A stretch of DNA of 64,000 bases from Candidatus Nomurabacteria bacterium (GCA_020632195.1 JACKGA010000001.1:45673-109672), one strand, 5' to 3'. Shown: positions 28,698 through 38,310, numbered from the stretch's first letter. The notes: generated by a model from the sequence alone, not told the origin. Translations and numbers: made by a program.

Positions 28698-29522
28698 CTA
28701 CCAAAGCTCAAATGCATCGACATCCTCCTTTGGTATATACATATCTTTTGCAATTTTTTTACGAAGCATTTGTGCTTTCTCTTTATTGTGCTCGAGAGAA
28801 AATGTTGCTCGAGAAACCAGGGTGAGAAAATGGATCATTTTTTCTGAGAACGCAATATCAGAACCACCCTCTTCAAACATCTTCTGGATAACTTCTTCGT
28901 CGGACTTGCGCAACTTGGTAATACTTACCAAATCGCCGATAACAAAAACATGAGAACGGGTATCTCCTGAAATGAATGTTTTTTCTACATGGACATACGT
29001 ATGTTTCATCTCCCGAGCAAGTTTTTTATCCAAAGGTGTATCCCCCGCGACGGCATAATACACATGCCTCTGATTATCTTTAAAATACTGATAAAAATCT
29101 TTTTCACTTTCTTGACGCTCTGGGGCAAAAGGCCAAATAGCATGCGGCGCCGACATAAATACCGGCTCCTGAGGATGATCTTCGAGGAGCTGAAAAACCA
29201 CATGTTTCCAAAATGCATCCAGGTGAGATAGGTTACTGAAAACCCAGCGTAGCGATTCACCTTCTCCCAAGTCAAAGGCCGCCTGCGACGGCAATATTTT
29301 TTGGAGGCGCAAAAGCCACTCTTGGCTTACAAATAATTTCTGACTATTTTTGATAAGCACTTCTTGCTCGAGGAGTTTTTTTATTACTTTATGTACGGCT
29401 TGAATAGATATTTTTTCATGTTTGGCTATATCTTCATATATCCCCTTGGCACTCATGCCTGGAGTCTGAAGGAGCTTTTCTATTACCAAATCTTGTGTTG
29501 TGGGACTTTTTGTAGCAAGCAT
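28698..29522 (-). CDS. TrmB-like winged-helix transcriptional regulator (paralog)
   Basis: N-terminal HTH MSAKGIYEDIAKHEKISIQAVHKVIKKLLEQEVL, with a C-terminal domain of the same architecture as the 21885 and 60555 genes. Confidence 0.5.
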   Translation of the reverse strand: MLATKSPTTQDLVIEKLLQTPGMSAKGIYEDIAKHEKISIQAVHKVIKKLLEQEVLIKNSQKLFVSQEWLLRLQKILPSQAAFDLGEGESLRWVFSNLSHLDAFWKHVVFQLLEDHPQEPVFMSAPHAIWPFAPERQESEKDFYQYFKDNQRHVYYAVAGDTPLDKKLAREMKHTYVHVEKTFISGDTRSHVFVIGDLVSITKLRKSDEEVIQKMFEEGGSDIAFSEKMIHFLTLVSRATFSLEHNKEKAQMLRKKIAKDMYIPKEDVDAFELW

Positions 29523-29592
29523 ACATGTTTAATATTAAACTTTTTATTTAAAAAGTAAAGGTATTTACAATATTTTTTTATAATGTCAAGTA

Positions 29593-30300
29593 TTGATGCT
29601 ATTATTCCAATATATGAATACTAACAACACAGCATATACAAAAGAACAAAGTGTCGCGTTCACAGACGCAATCGCAATGGAGACAAAGGCTCATAATCTT
29701 ATGGTTAAAGAAGTGATGAACCAAGCACCACATGGAACACTTCTAGACCTGGGTTGTGGTGATGGTTATTTATTTAAAGAATATAAAAAAATGGGATTTA
29801 AAAATATGATAGGACTAGATGCCTCGCTAGATATTCTTTCAATTGCAAAAGAAAAGCATTCAGATGTTACCTTTATTCATTCTATTCTACCAAATATTAA
29901 TCTCCCTACTGCGTCAATTGATACCCTGGTTTCTATGTATGCAGTGCAAAATATACAGCCTAAAGATATGCAGAAATTCTACCAAGAGTGTTATAGGGTT
30001 CTTAAGCCAGGTGGAACTCTTACTATTTTCACAAAATCACCTATACAGCAATTTTTGAAAAAAATAGAAGATCAGGGGGAAAAAGCAAATTATTTCACTA
30101 GCGAAATGGTTTCTATAAAAATTCTTGATGGAGCACTTACGGTGACTGAGCCTTCTCATACACTGACTGATTATCTATCTCTCGTAGACTGTGGTTTTAC
30201 ATTGACCTCTTTTTCAGAAAATAGCGAGTTCCCTGCATCGCGCAAAATTATGGGAGATGATTACCCGACTTTCATTATATTCTCCGCAACCAAAAAATAA
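29593..30300 (+). CDS. class I SAM-dependent methyltransferase
   Basis: Motif I LLDLGCGDGY, motif II at GLDAS, motif post-II/III RVLKPGGTLTIF. Confidence 0.8.
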   Translation: MMLLFQYMNTNNTAYTKEQSVAFTDAIAMETKAHNLMVKEVMNQAPHGTLLDLGCGDGYLFKEYKKMGFKNMIGLDASLDILSIAKEKHSDVTFIHSILPNINLPTASIDTLVSMYAVQNIQPKDMQKFYQECYRVLKPGGTLTIFTKSPIQQFLKKIEDQGEKANYFTSEMVSIKILDGALTVTEPSHTLTDYLSLVDCGFTLTSFSENSEFPASRKIMGDDYPTFIIFSATKK

Positions 30301-30305
30301 TCAAT

Positions 30306-30839
30306 ATGAATATAGCAATTTTTGGATCTGCCTTATCAGACCCCGAACAAAAAAATATTACTCTTGCATCACATATGGGGAGGGAAGTCGCCAAGCGAAA
30401 GCACACACTCGTGACGGGCGGTTGCGTGGGAATACCATCATATGCAATTGCTGAAGCCTTCAACAATAATGGCGAAACCCATGGGTACTTTCCCGTACAC
30501 AAGGAGGAAGAGATCCATAATCTGGCACATATCTACAACAACGATACGTCTGAAAACTATACCCAAAAAATATTTCTACGTGGATTCTCAAAAAGGAGCA
30601 TCGCTATGATAGAAAACGTGGATGCGGTCATTATCATCAATGGACGCATGGGAACCCTCAGCGAGTTTGCGATGGCCATCGAGGAAGGATTGCCTATTGT
30701 CGTTATGAATGGTTCTGGTGGCATTACTGACCATATCAAAGAAATACTTGCAATGACGGGGCGATCCGATTATGAAAAAATATTTTTTACTGACTCGGCC
30801 ACCTTAGCCATTGACTGGATTGAGTCCTCGCAAAATTAA
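30306..30839 (+). CDS. LOG family / Rossmann-fold nucleotide-binding protein (TIGR00725-like)
   Basis: LVTGGCVGIPS and IIINGRMGTLSEFAMAIEEGLPIV match the GGxGxMG ... PGGxGTxxE pattern of the LOG/YvdD fold. Confidence 0.6.
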   Translation: MNIAIFGSALSDPEQKNITLASHMGREVAKRKHTLVTGGCVGIPSYAIAEAFNNNGETHGYFPVHKEEEIHNLAHIYNNDTSENYTQKIFLRGFSKRSIAMIENVDAVIIINGRMGTLSEFAMAIEEGLPIVVMNGSGGITDHIKEILAMTGRSDYEKIFFTDSATLAIDWIESSQN

Positions 30840-30863
30840 AACCACCCTCTCGGGTGGTTTTAA
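30837..30863. terminator. bidirectional Rho-independent terminator
   Basis: aaaaccaccc-tctc-gggtggtttt. Confidence 0.75.
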
Positions 30864-30864
30864 T

Positions 30865-31488
30865 TTATTTCTTCTTTGTTGTTTTTTTGGGAGCTGGTTT
30901 CTTGGGAGTAGCTTTCTTTTTTGTTGCAGTTGCTTTTTTAGGAGTTGTCTTCTTTTTTGCTGGGGTCTTCTTTGTTGATTTTGGAGATGATTTCTTAGGA
31001 GAAGACTTTTCCTTTGCTGGTGCTTCAATCATAAGTTTTGGCATCGTGATTGTGAGAATCCCATCTTTTACTTCACCGATTGCAGCATCCACATCAATAA
31101 AGTCTGGCAAAGGGATCGTCCGTTCAAAAGAACCAAAATGGCGTTCATAGCTGTAGTAACCTTCATCTTCAGCCTCGTCTTCGTAGTTGGCTACGCCAGC
31201 AATATATACATGGTCTTCGCCTATTTCGATATCGAGCGCCTCTGGGTCGACCCCAGGCACATCAGCCTTTAAAACAATATTCTTACCCGTATCTTTGAGA
31301 TCCACTTGTGGAAATACCAATCCCATGCGTGCCTTGGCATTATCGATGACATCGGCAGTGCGACTTGGTAAATCCCATTGTTCGAACATATCCCATGAGT
31401 CCTGAATCGCATCAGAAACAAGATTGTGTAGGGCTCCACGTAGCGACACCATATTGCGTTCAAAATTTGAAAGTTCATTATTATCCAT
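30865..31488 (-). CDS. Hsp20/alpha-crystallin small heat-shock protein with a Lys/Pro-rich C-terminal tail
   Basis: Alpha-crystallin domain VDLKDTGKNIVLKADVPGVDPEALDIEIGEDHVYIAG...GILTITMPK, followed by about 55 aa of SPKKSSPKSTKKTPAKKKTTPKKATATKKKATPKKPAPKKTTKKK. Confidence 0.85.
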   Translation of the reverse strand: MDNNELSNFERNMVSLRGALHNLVSDAIQDSWDMFEQWDLPSRTADVIDNAKARMGLVFPQVDLKDTGKNIVLKADVPGVDPEALDIEIGEDHVYIAGVANYEDEAEDEGYYSYERHFGSFERTIPLPDFIDVDAAIGEVKDGILTITMPKLMIEAPAKEKSSPKKSSPKSTKKTPAKKKTTPKKATATKKKATPKKPAPKKTTKKK

Positions 31489-32002
31489 ATGAAAAAATAA
31501 GTTATATCTTGATTAATATAAAGGGTAGTATACCAAAAATTTTATGCCTACGTTACTATTTGCATCTCTGTGTTTTCTATGTCCCAATGATTTTCCCCAG
31601 CCTTCATGATTTGCACATGTTGTACACATATGTATATAATGGAGGGGAACGTTATAGCAAACATTTGTAAAAAGTATTTTCAACTGTTTAAACCCATGGC
31701 ACCGGGTAAAAGGTGCGAAATCTTGTAACACAGATTGTAAAAAGAACCTTGCGGGATGTTGCCTATAACACGTTTCAAAATGATCACCTTCGAGTGGACC
31801 CCGAAGATACGTGAATCAAAGCTGAGTATTTTTTCAAACATGAAAGAATATTGTGCTTTGATTCGCGTTGTGTATCTTATTTTTGAACGATAATGTTCTT
31901 TCTTTAGTTCTTTTCACATCTTTTGAAAATAAAATATATTGCACACGCTAATTTAACTTTTTTAGCAGTCATATTTTTCTTTTTTGACTGCAAACATATA
32001 AA

Positions 32003-32035
32003 GCTGTTTCTCTTTCGAGGAGCAGCTTATTTTTT
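32003..32035 (+). terminator. orphan plus-strand hairpin terminator in the long hsp20-holA intergenic region
   Basis: aagctg-tttctctttcgaggag-cagctt followed by attttttatat. No plus-strand CDS lies upstream. Confidence 0.35.
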
Positions 32036-32061
32036 ATATAAAATATAAAAAAGGATTGATA

Positions 32062-32751
32062 CTACGACGCAAGTTTCAACAAAAACTCTTCGAAACGATT
32101 TTCAAGCCCTCCATCAAATCCATAGTGATAGATATCAAGAAGCTCTTGAGATTTACGTATCAGATCCGTGCCTGGATATTTCGCTAGTGCTGCCTTGGCT
32201 TTATCTGCTACAAAAGGCTTGAGCCCATGATTCTGAGGGGACGCCTGGACGAGGAGCATATTTTTCATCTGCCACCAAGCGGTCCCGATCATCTGCTGAA
32301 GGGTGAACCCATCTGCTACCAAGCGCTGATAGGTAAGCCAGGCATTTTTTGGATTACGGTCACGAATGTCATTGGCAAGTGAAAAAATAGCATTATTTTT
32401 TTCTTTATCTTTTTTAAAGATACGTACCTCGCAGTAATCCTCACCGATAGTTTTGGTGATTTTCTGTATCTGGGGAGCGGTAAGGCTCTCTTCGATACAC
32501 ATGATTGGAGCATGAGTATGCTGAGCAAGAGCTTCAGAAACACCATTTTTTGTAAGATATCCATGCAGGATATATGCGCGCTCTTCTCCAAAAAGAGTTT
32601 GGTGAGAGATTGTGTTCATGATCTCGTATTCAGAAGTTTCATCAGAAAAAAAAGAAAGTATTTCGTATTCTTTTTGCTGCCAACGTATGCGCTGTTGTGC
32701 AAGCGCATGCATCCGTGCAGTATAGTCATTTCCAATAAAGATATGAATCAT
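32062..32751 (-). CDS. holA: DNA polymerase III delta subunit-like protein (short)
   Basis: N-terminus MIHIFIGNDYTARMHAL and middle/C-terminal helical segments (FSLANDIRDRNPKNAWLTYQRLVADG..., LLDIYHYGFDGGLENRFEEFLL) match the delta subunit. It is shorter than the canonical protein, hence the uncertainty. Confidence 0.5.
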   Translation of the reverse strand: MIHIFIGNDYTARMHALAQQRIRWQQKEYEILSFFSDETSEYEIMNTISHQTLFGEERAYILHGYLTKNGVSEALAQHTHAPIMCIEESLTAPQIQKITKTIGEDYCEVRIFKKDKEKNNAIFSLANDIRDRNPKNAWLTYQRLVADGFTLQQMIGTAWWQMKNMLLVQASPQNHGLKPFVADKAKAALAKYPGTDLIRKSQELLDIYHYGFDGGLENRFEEFLLKLAS

Positions 32752-32842
32752 GGATATTATTTTAACACGCCTCACCACGAGGAGCGAAAGCAATACGTGC
32801 ATAGTGCTCGAAGGGGCGCTGTGTATTCTCTATATTCAAATA

Positions 32843-33364
32843 TTATAGCCACATGGGGACTTCCTTACGATACTCAGCGTAGTTAGCAAAGTGTCCCATC
32901 AAAATTTCTTCTTCTTTTGGAATAATGAGAAACGTAAATACAAGAAAAAGCACCAAGGCAACAATAAACATAATAATTGAATTAAGAATCAACCCAAGCC
33001 CAACCACAAGAAAAAGAAAAGAAACATACTTGGGGTGACGCGTAAAAGTATACGGCCCTGCTCCCAGCATTTTACATACATGATCTTCTTCGTCGTGATA
33101 ATAGCAGGTCGCACGACTTTCATTCCCCCAAAAAAGAAGCACAGGGGCTACCAAAAGCAAAAACCATCCGAGTGCAATAGCGCGCAAGGTATGGTGGGTA
33201 AATTCCAAAGGAAAGAAAATATTCAGCACGATACCAATAATAATACCTACAAGAAAAATAAGTGGAGAATATGAGATCAGTTGTGTCAGCGAAGAAAGAT
33301 GTCGAAACGTCATACGAGGAGAAAACTGCACAAACACATATGCATTGCTTTCATAATACCCCAA
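32843..33364 (-). CDS. isoprenylcysteine carboxyl methyltransferase (ICMT)/phospholipid methyltransferase family membrane protein
   Basis: Multi-pass transmembrane protein with GPYTFTRHPKYVSFLFLVVGLGLILNS near the C-terminus. Confidence 0.75.
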   Translation of the reverse strand: MGYYESNAYVFVQFSPRMTFRHLSSLTQLISYSPLIFLVGIIIGIVLNIFFPLEFTHHTLRAIALGWFLLLVAPVLLFWGNESRATCYYHDEEDHVCKMLGAGPYTFTRHPKYVSFLFLVVGLGLILNSIIMFIVALVLFLVFTFLIIPKEEEILMGHFANYAEYRKEVPMWL

Positions 33365-33440
33365 GACGGCCGTCTGTCAAAGAAGAATTTCATGATATAA
33401 TAGTATCCATTATTCGAAAGGGATTTTTTAATATATTTAT

Positions 33441-33710
33441 ATGGGAATTTTTGATTCACTCAAAGGAATGTTGGGAGGAACTACTGAAAAAGTAATGAAC
33501 ACTGCAAAAAATGCTGCTGATGATATGATTGATTCTGTCGGTGACAAAGTCGAAGCGGCAACAGGCCTTGGGGGCAAAATGATTGATAACTTGCAAGACA
33601 AGGCGAAAGACCTCGCCCACGATGCAATAGAAAAAGCTGCTGATACGCTCGGCGATGCTGCTGATGCATTGGGCAAAAAGGCAGATGAAATGGAAGAAGA
33701 AAACAAATAA
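33441..33710 (+). CDS. small alpha-helical hypothetical protein (89 aa; stress-protein-like low complexity)
   Basis: Repetitive A/D/K-rich helical sequence. An intrinsic terminator follows immediately. Confidence 0.5.
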   Translation: MGIFDSLKGMLGGTTEKVMNTAKNAADDMIDSVGDKVEAATGLGGKMIDNLQDKAKDLAHDAIEKAADTLGDAADALGKKADEMEEENK

Positions 33711-33725
33711 TTTCTTTCAACAAAG

Positions 33726-33755
33726 AAACTCCCAACTGAAAAGTGGGAGTTTTTA
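33726..33755 (+). terminator. Rho-independent terminator
   Basis: aaactccca-actgaaaag-tgggagttttt. Confidence 0.65.
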
Positions 33756-33884
33756 TGTGCTTTCAAGCTCTGTTGTACGCCACAACACGAACCCTGCTCT
33801 GTGTGTCATCCCAGATAGAGCGACGAGATACGATGAGCGAAAGCCTGAGAGCCATCATTAGTTATATTTCTGACTTAGAATGAA

Positions 33885-33995
33885 GAACCCCGATGCAGAG
33901 CAGTCGGGGTATCTTTTTGGGTTCGCTCATTGCTCACTCTATGTTTTATTCCGAGGCAGAGCCTCGGGGAATATCACCGAGAAGATTGAAGATGA
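33885..33995. repeat. ~105-nt structured repeat, copy X1
   Basis: About 85 percent identical to 47655..47765. It contains the hairpins ccccga-tgcagagcag-tcgggg, ccgagg-cagag-cctcgg and ctcgg-ggaatatcac-cgag. Confidence 0.7.
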
Positions 33996-34017
33996 ACGTA
34001 CTCTAGAAAATTTAAAA

Positions 34018-34044
34018 TGGATCCCTGTTTTCGCAGGGATGACA
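34018..34044. repeat. Hairpin repeat copy e
   Basis: tggatccctg-ttttcg-cagggatgaca, directly downstream of the polA stop. Confidence 0.65.
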
Positions 34045-34074
34045 CAGATGAGAGTTTCGTGTATACGACTTACT

Positions 34075-36483
34075 CTACTTAACCTCGAACCAATTTTTTC
34101 CTACACCATAATCAACCTTGATCGGCAATGCGGGAGTAATATCGATCCAATCTTGGTCGAATGCGGATTGCATAAGCTTCACCAACTCTGGAACGACTTC
34201 TTCTATCTTTTCATCTTTGATTTCAAAAACAATTTCATCATGGACCTGCATGACCATCTTTACCTCCGTTTCAAGTTTATGCTTGGTAATCCATTGATCG
34301 ATTTGATGCATGACAAGCTTGATCAGGTCTGCCTCGGTCCCCTGGATTGGAGCATTGATCGCCATGCGTTCTGCCATAGCACGAATGAAGGGGAGCTTTG
34401 AGGTAATATTACTAAAAAATCGCTTACGGCCAAACATCGTTTCGGTATAACCATGCGTGCGGGCAAATTCTTTGGTATCTTCGAGATACTTGGTAATCGC
34501 AGGAAACTGTTCAAAATAGGCATTGTAAAAAGATTGAGCTTCTTTGCGATCAGTGCCAAGCTGTTTTTGCAAAGCAGTCACTCCCATACCGTAGAGCATG
34601 CCAAAGTTGATAATTTTTGCCCGGCGACGTTGTTCATAATCGATATCTTCTGGATTCACCCCAAACACGCGCGCTGCAACCGCCGCATGAATATCTCCCC
34701 CCTCATTAAAAACACGGGTCATGTATTCATCCTGTGAGAGCATCGCTGCAATACGTAATTCAATTTGCGAGTAATCACAAGCTACGAGTGAGTATCCAGG
34801 AGCTGCGATAAATGCCTTTCGAATCACACGTCCCTGCTCTGATCGAATTGGAATATTCTGTAAGTTTGGATTTTGGGAGGCAAAGCGCCCAGTCACCGTC
34901 CCATCTTGCAAGAGTTCAGAATGGAGCCGTCCATCATCACCGATATGGTCTGCAAGAGGTTCCAGATAGGTCGAGACGAGCTTGTGGAGCTCGCGATACT
35001 CAAGGAGATCTTTGATAATCGCGTGCTCATCGTAGAGCTTTTCGAGAATTGACTCTTTGGTCGAGTACCCGCCCGCTTTTGTTTTTTTAACACCTTTCGT
35101 TGGCAGTCCAAGCTCTTCAAAAAGCACTTCGGATAGTTGCTGGGTCGATCGTACATTGAATTCGTGTCCTGCATGGGTATGGATTTTTTGCTCGAGCTTT
35201 TCGAGAGTTTTTGAATATTCCTGCGCCAAATCAGAAAGTACTTTTCTATCGATCATGACGCCCGTCTCTTGTATTTTCTTCATCAGTGGAAGAAGTGGTT
35301 CTTCAATCTTCGTAAAGACTTTCAACAGATTCATTTCTGTGAGTTTTTTTACCAGTGCTTTTTCTGCTTCCTCTGCGGTAGTCACTCCCATGTGCTCAAA
35401 TACTTCTTCTGCGGTTGGGTGCGTGGTTTCGGGATTCATTACCCATAGCATAACTCCCAAGCGACGGGCTGTGTCTGGACTAAGAGCGTCGGCTGGTTGA
35501 GCCGACGCGGCTTCTTCTGATTGGCCATCGGCAGCCGCGCCGGCTCCCTGTGTAGACTCAGCAAACAACCCTTCAATCCGTGGAACGAGGCTACGGAATT
35601 GATACCGTCGACACATTTCTAATAGGCGGTCTTTGTTCAGCGAATCAATCCAAGTGTCAGAAGGAAATGAGTAGGTTATGGGAGCATCGAGACGAATCGT
35701 CGCGAGCCCTTTAGAAAAAAGAGCCTCCGCCTCATGTTCTTCCAAAAGCTTCACAATGCGTTCTTTTACGCCGTCATCGATGAGCTGTTGTCGATTGGTA
35801 TGAATATGTTCGTAGAGGTTCTCAAGTGATCCATAGAGCACGAGTAGTTGCGTAGCTGTTTTCTCACCAATACCTTTTATTCCAATAATATTATCTGAAG
35901 TATCTCCCCGCAAGCCTTTGTAATCTGTGAGAAGTTCTGGCCCAAAACCAAAACGATCCATGACCGCTTGTTCGTTGTAAATGATGGTATCCTTTATCCC
36001 TTTCCGCAACGTAAAGACACGCACACGATCGCCAGTGATCAACTGCATCAAATCCATATCACCTGTTGCAATAACGATATCAATATCTTGATACTCTTTA
36101 TGTGAAATAACTTGCTCTACAATCGTCCCCACCATATCATCAGCCTCAAATCCTGGAGCGTCAAAAATAGGGATATTGAAAGCTTCGCATACCCCACGCG
36201 ATGATTGCAGTTGATGCTTGAGCGCATCTTCAGTTTCTTTGCGTCCACCTTTATAGTCGGCATACGCTTCATGACGAAAAGTCTTGCCGGGCAGATCATA
36301 GGCAGCCGCGATATAGTCAGGCTTGAATTCTTTTACAACACCCAACAGCATGGTAATCAGACCGAACAAAGCACCTGTTGGCTCTCCATCGGCATTAGAA
36401 AAGTCGGGAAGCGCGTGATACGCACGGTGAATAATCGCGTGAGCATCTAGAAGCACAAGGGTTTCATGAGATGTTTTCTTCAT
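34075..36483 (-). CDS. polA: DNA polymerase I (compact, ~802 aa)
   Basis: The 5'-3' exonuclease N-terminus is MKKTSHETLVLLDAHAIIHRAYHALP. Family A polymerase motifs include RRRAKIINFGMLYGMG and QVHDEIVFE. The start is taken at the internal ATG. Confidence 0.95.
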   Translation of the reverse strand: MKKTSHETLVLLDAHAIIHRAYHALPDFSNADGEPTGALFGLITMLLGVVKEFKPDYIAAAYDLPGKTFRHEAYADYKGGRKETEDALKHQLQSSRGVCEAFNIPIFDAPGFEADDMVGTIVEQVISHKEYQDIDIVIATGDMDLMQLITGDRVRVFTLRKGIKDTIIYNEQAVMDRFGFGPELLTDYKGLRGDTSDNIIGIKGIGEKTATQLLVLYGSLENLYEHIHTNRQQLIDDGVKERIVKLLEEHEAEALFSKGLATIRLDAPITYSFPSDTWIDSLNKDRLLEMCRRYQFRSLVPRIEGLFAESTQGAGAAADGQSEEAASAQPADALSPDTARRLGVMLWVMNPETTHPTAEEVFEHMGVTTAEEAEKALVKKLTEMNLLKVFTKIEEPLLPLMKKIQETGVMIDRKVLSDLAQEYSKTLEKLEQKIHTHAGHEFNVRSTQQLSEVLFEELGLPTKGVKKTKAGGYSTKESILEKLYDEHAIIKDLLEYRELHKLVSTYLEPLADHIGDDGRLHSELLQDGTVTGRFASQNPNLQNIPIRSEQGRVIRKAFIAAPGYSLVACDYSQIELRIAAMLSQDEYMTRVFNEGGDIHAAVAARVFGVNPEDIDYEQRRRAKIINFGMLYGMGVTALQKQLGTDRKEAQSFYNAYFEQFPAITKYLEDTKEFARTHGYTETMFGRKRFFSNITSKLPFIRAMAERMAINAPIQGTEADLIKLVMHQIDQWITKHKLETEVKMVMQVHDEIVFEIKDEKIEEVVPELVKLMQSAFDQDWIDITPALPIKVDYGVGKNWFEVK

Positions 36484-36595
36484 AAAATAATTGTAACACA
36501 CCTACGTATTAAATAATCTGATTTTTGGCAACAAATTTTTTTAAACGCCCCCTCGCCAAACCTAAATGAGCTCAGTGTTTCACAAAAAATAATTA

Positions 36596-38011
36596 TTATG
36601 CTGTTTCATTCATGATCCTAATTACAAATTCTTTTTTTAGGGTCATGAAGAATACAGAGATATTTAAAGTATTTAGACTAGAGTCATCACTTTGATCCAG
36701 TACTTCGAGAGCTTTTTCGTACATCTCTTCAGTAAATTCACTCTGGTAATCCCAAATACCAAGTTGTTCCAGCTCATAGATGGCACCACGTTTATATGCC
36801 TGAATTTCAGTAGGGTCAGAATAATACTCTCGTGCTTTTAAAAGCGCTTCGCTATTGATTTCAGAAGTTCCTGACTGGACTTGTATTTGTAAATTATCCC
36901 AAAATACATTATTGATACCCTCTTGATAGAGTGACAGGGCGTGGGGAGTAATCAAATTTTGAGATACTAATGTTTCCTCGTTTCCAAAAAGATCATCGAC
37001 ATCAACAGATTCATGATCAAATTCATGGGCCGCTACCCCCTCATAGTCTAAAGTCTTTTCATAAGGTAAATGGGTTACCCCCTCTGTTGGGAATCGAACT
37101 GCTTCATTATTAACCCAGGAGCCGCCCTGTCCTTCCGTGGGGTTATAATATGCGAACGCACCATCATCTGAGTCCTCTAGAATGTCCTGATTCATATCAA
37201 GCTGATAGGTTTTATCAGACAAATTTAAAAGTCGCTTTTGGCTATAGAATGTTTCCATCCCAACCATATTCGATTGCGCCAACTCATTGGCTAAACGTGC
37301 TTGATAGGCAGGAGTCATGATCTGATCCTTTGACCAAGCACGCACATCATCATATTGTTTTTTTATCATCTGGTATTCTTCCAAAGCATCAGGCCACAGA
37401 TCAGGGGTTTCATAAAGTTTCTGCCTGGATGGAATATCATTACCCAATGTATACATAGGATCTATTATATTGACCTCTTGCTTGTTCCACGCTGGGGAGT
37501 TGCTCATGAAATCGTAAGTGTCTTCTATACGTTTTTCTCTAACAGGTGCAAAAACAGGTGAGCCAAACTCACCAACAACCTCGTGGTAGAAATTTTTCGA
37601 ATTTTTTGTCATATCCGACCAGCTGGTGGAAATATCTTCAGAAGAGGTTGGTTGTTCTGGTGCAAGACTATTTTGACCAAAACTAGCAGTAGCTACGAAG
37701 AACATGGTCGTGAATACTACTCGCTTGGCAAGAGCATTGTAGTATTGCGTCAGGCTATGCGCCATATTATCAAAATGCCCTTTCAAGATTCCGATTTCTT
37801 GGCACTGCTGACGACTATATGTATCCTGATATATTTCAGCCCCCAGCATTCTAGACGTGAAGCCCTCAGCGCGCTTCTCAAGAGAACGGCTGAATACCTC
37901 AAGTGTTTCATCTTGCGATCTCGCAAGCTCCACTCCTTCTATCGATACCTCTGTGGCTTCTTGGGTATGAGTTTCTTTAGTCTGATATTGTTCGGATATA
38001 TTATTTTTCAT
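36596..38011 (-). CDS. hypothetical membrane-anchored protein with a large extracytoplasmic domain (471 aa); contains an HEFDH motif
   Basis: A cytoplasmic region of about 100 aa, the transmembrane segment VVFTTMFFVATASF, then an acidic domain of about 350 aa. VAAHEFDHES is HExxH-like, but the downstream context is atypical for a zincin. Confidence 0.6.
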   Translation of the reverse strand: MKNNISEQYQTKETHTQEATEVSIEGVELARSQDETLEVFSRSLEKRAEGFTSRMLGAEIYQDTYSRQQCQEIGILKGHFDNMAHSLTQYYNALAKRVVFTTMFFVATASFGQNSLAPEQPTSSEDISTSWSDMTKNSKNFYHEVVGEFGSPVFAPVREKRIEDTYDFMSNSPAWNKQEVNIIDPMYTLGNDIPSRQKLYETPDLWPDALEEYQMIKKQYDDVRAWSKDQIMTPAYQARLANELAQSNMVGMETFYSQKRLLNLSDKTYQLDMNQDILEDSDDGAFAYYNPTEGQGGSWVNNEAVRFPTEGVTHLPYEKTLDYEGVAAHEFDHESVDVDDLFGNEETLVSQNLITPHALSLYQEGINNVFWDNLQIQVQSGTSEINSEALLKAREYYSDPTEIQAYKRGAIYELEQLGIWDYQSEFTEEMYEKALEVLDQSDDSSLNTLNISVFFMTLKKEFVIRIMNETA

Positions 38012-38195
38012 ACGTACGAGGTGTCTCTGTATATGAATCTTGAATATTTATATAGAGGTTTTTAATTTTTTCCTGATCATATGCTTCTGTTTTTTTATGA
38101 AGAATATCCCTGTATCTCTTTTCTAGGAGTGTTAGATTTTGTGAAAATTCTTCTTCTAACTGGGCTAGAAATTGAATCATGTGTGTTTTTTTCAT
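38001..38195 (-). CDS. small hypothetical protein (64 aa)
   Basis: It overlaps the start of the 471-aa gene by 11 nt, which suggests translational coupling. Confidence 0.4.
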   Translation of the reverse strand: MKKTHMIQFLAQLEEEFSQNLTLLEKRYRDILHKKTEAYDQEKIKNLYINIQDSYTETPRTYEK

Positions 38196-38310
38196 AAAAA
38201 AATTATATCATAGAAAAACAAAAAACCCTCCCGCCTGCCTTTGCCGACAAATAGGGGGTTTTACGTTTTTTTGGCATGGAGCCATAATAGCACTAATCCC
38301 CTCTCTGCTG

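Noticed and set aside
33880-34401. 173-aa plus-strand ORF
   Set aside because: It is translated across the X1 structured repeat and then runs antisense into the 3' end of polA. A stretch reading FAGMTQMRV comes from the hairpin repeat. This is an artefact of repeat sequence, not a gene.
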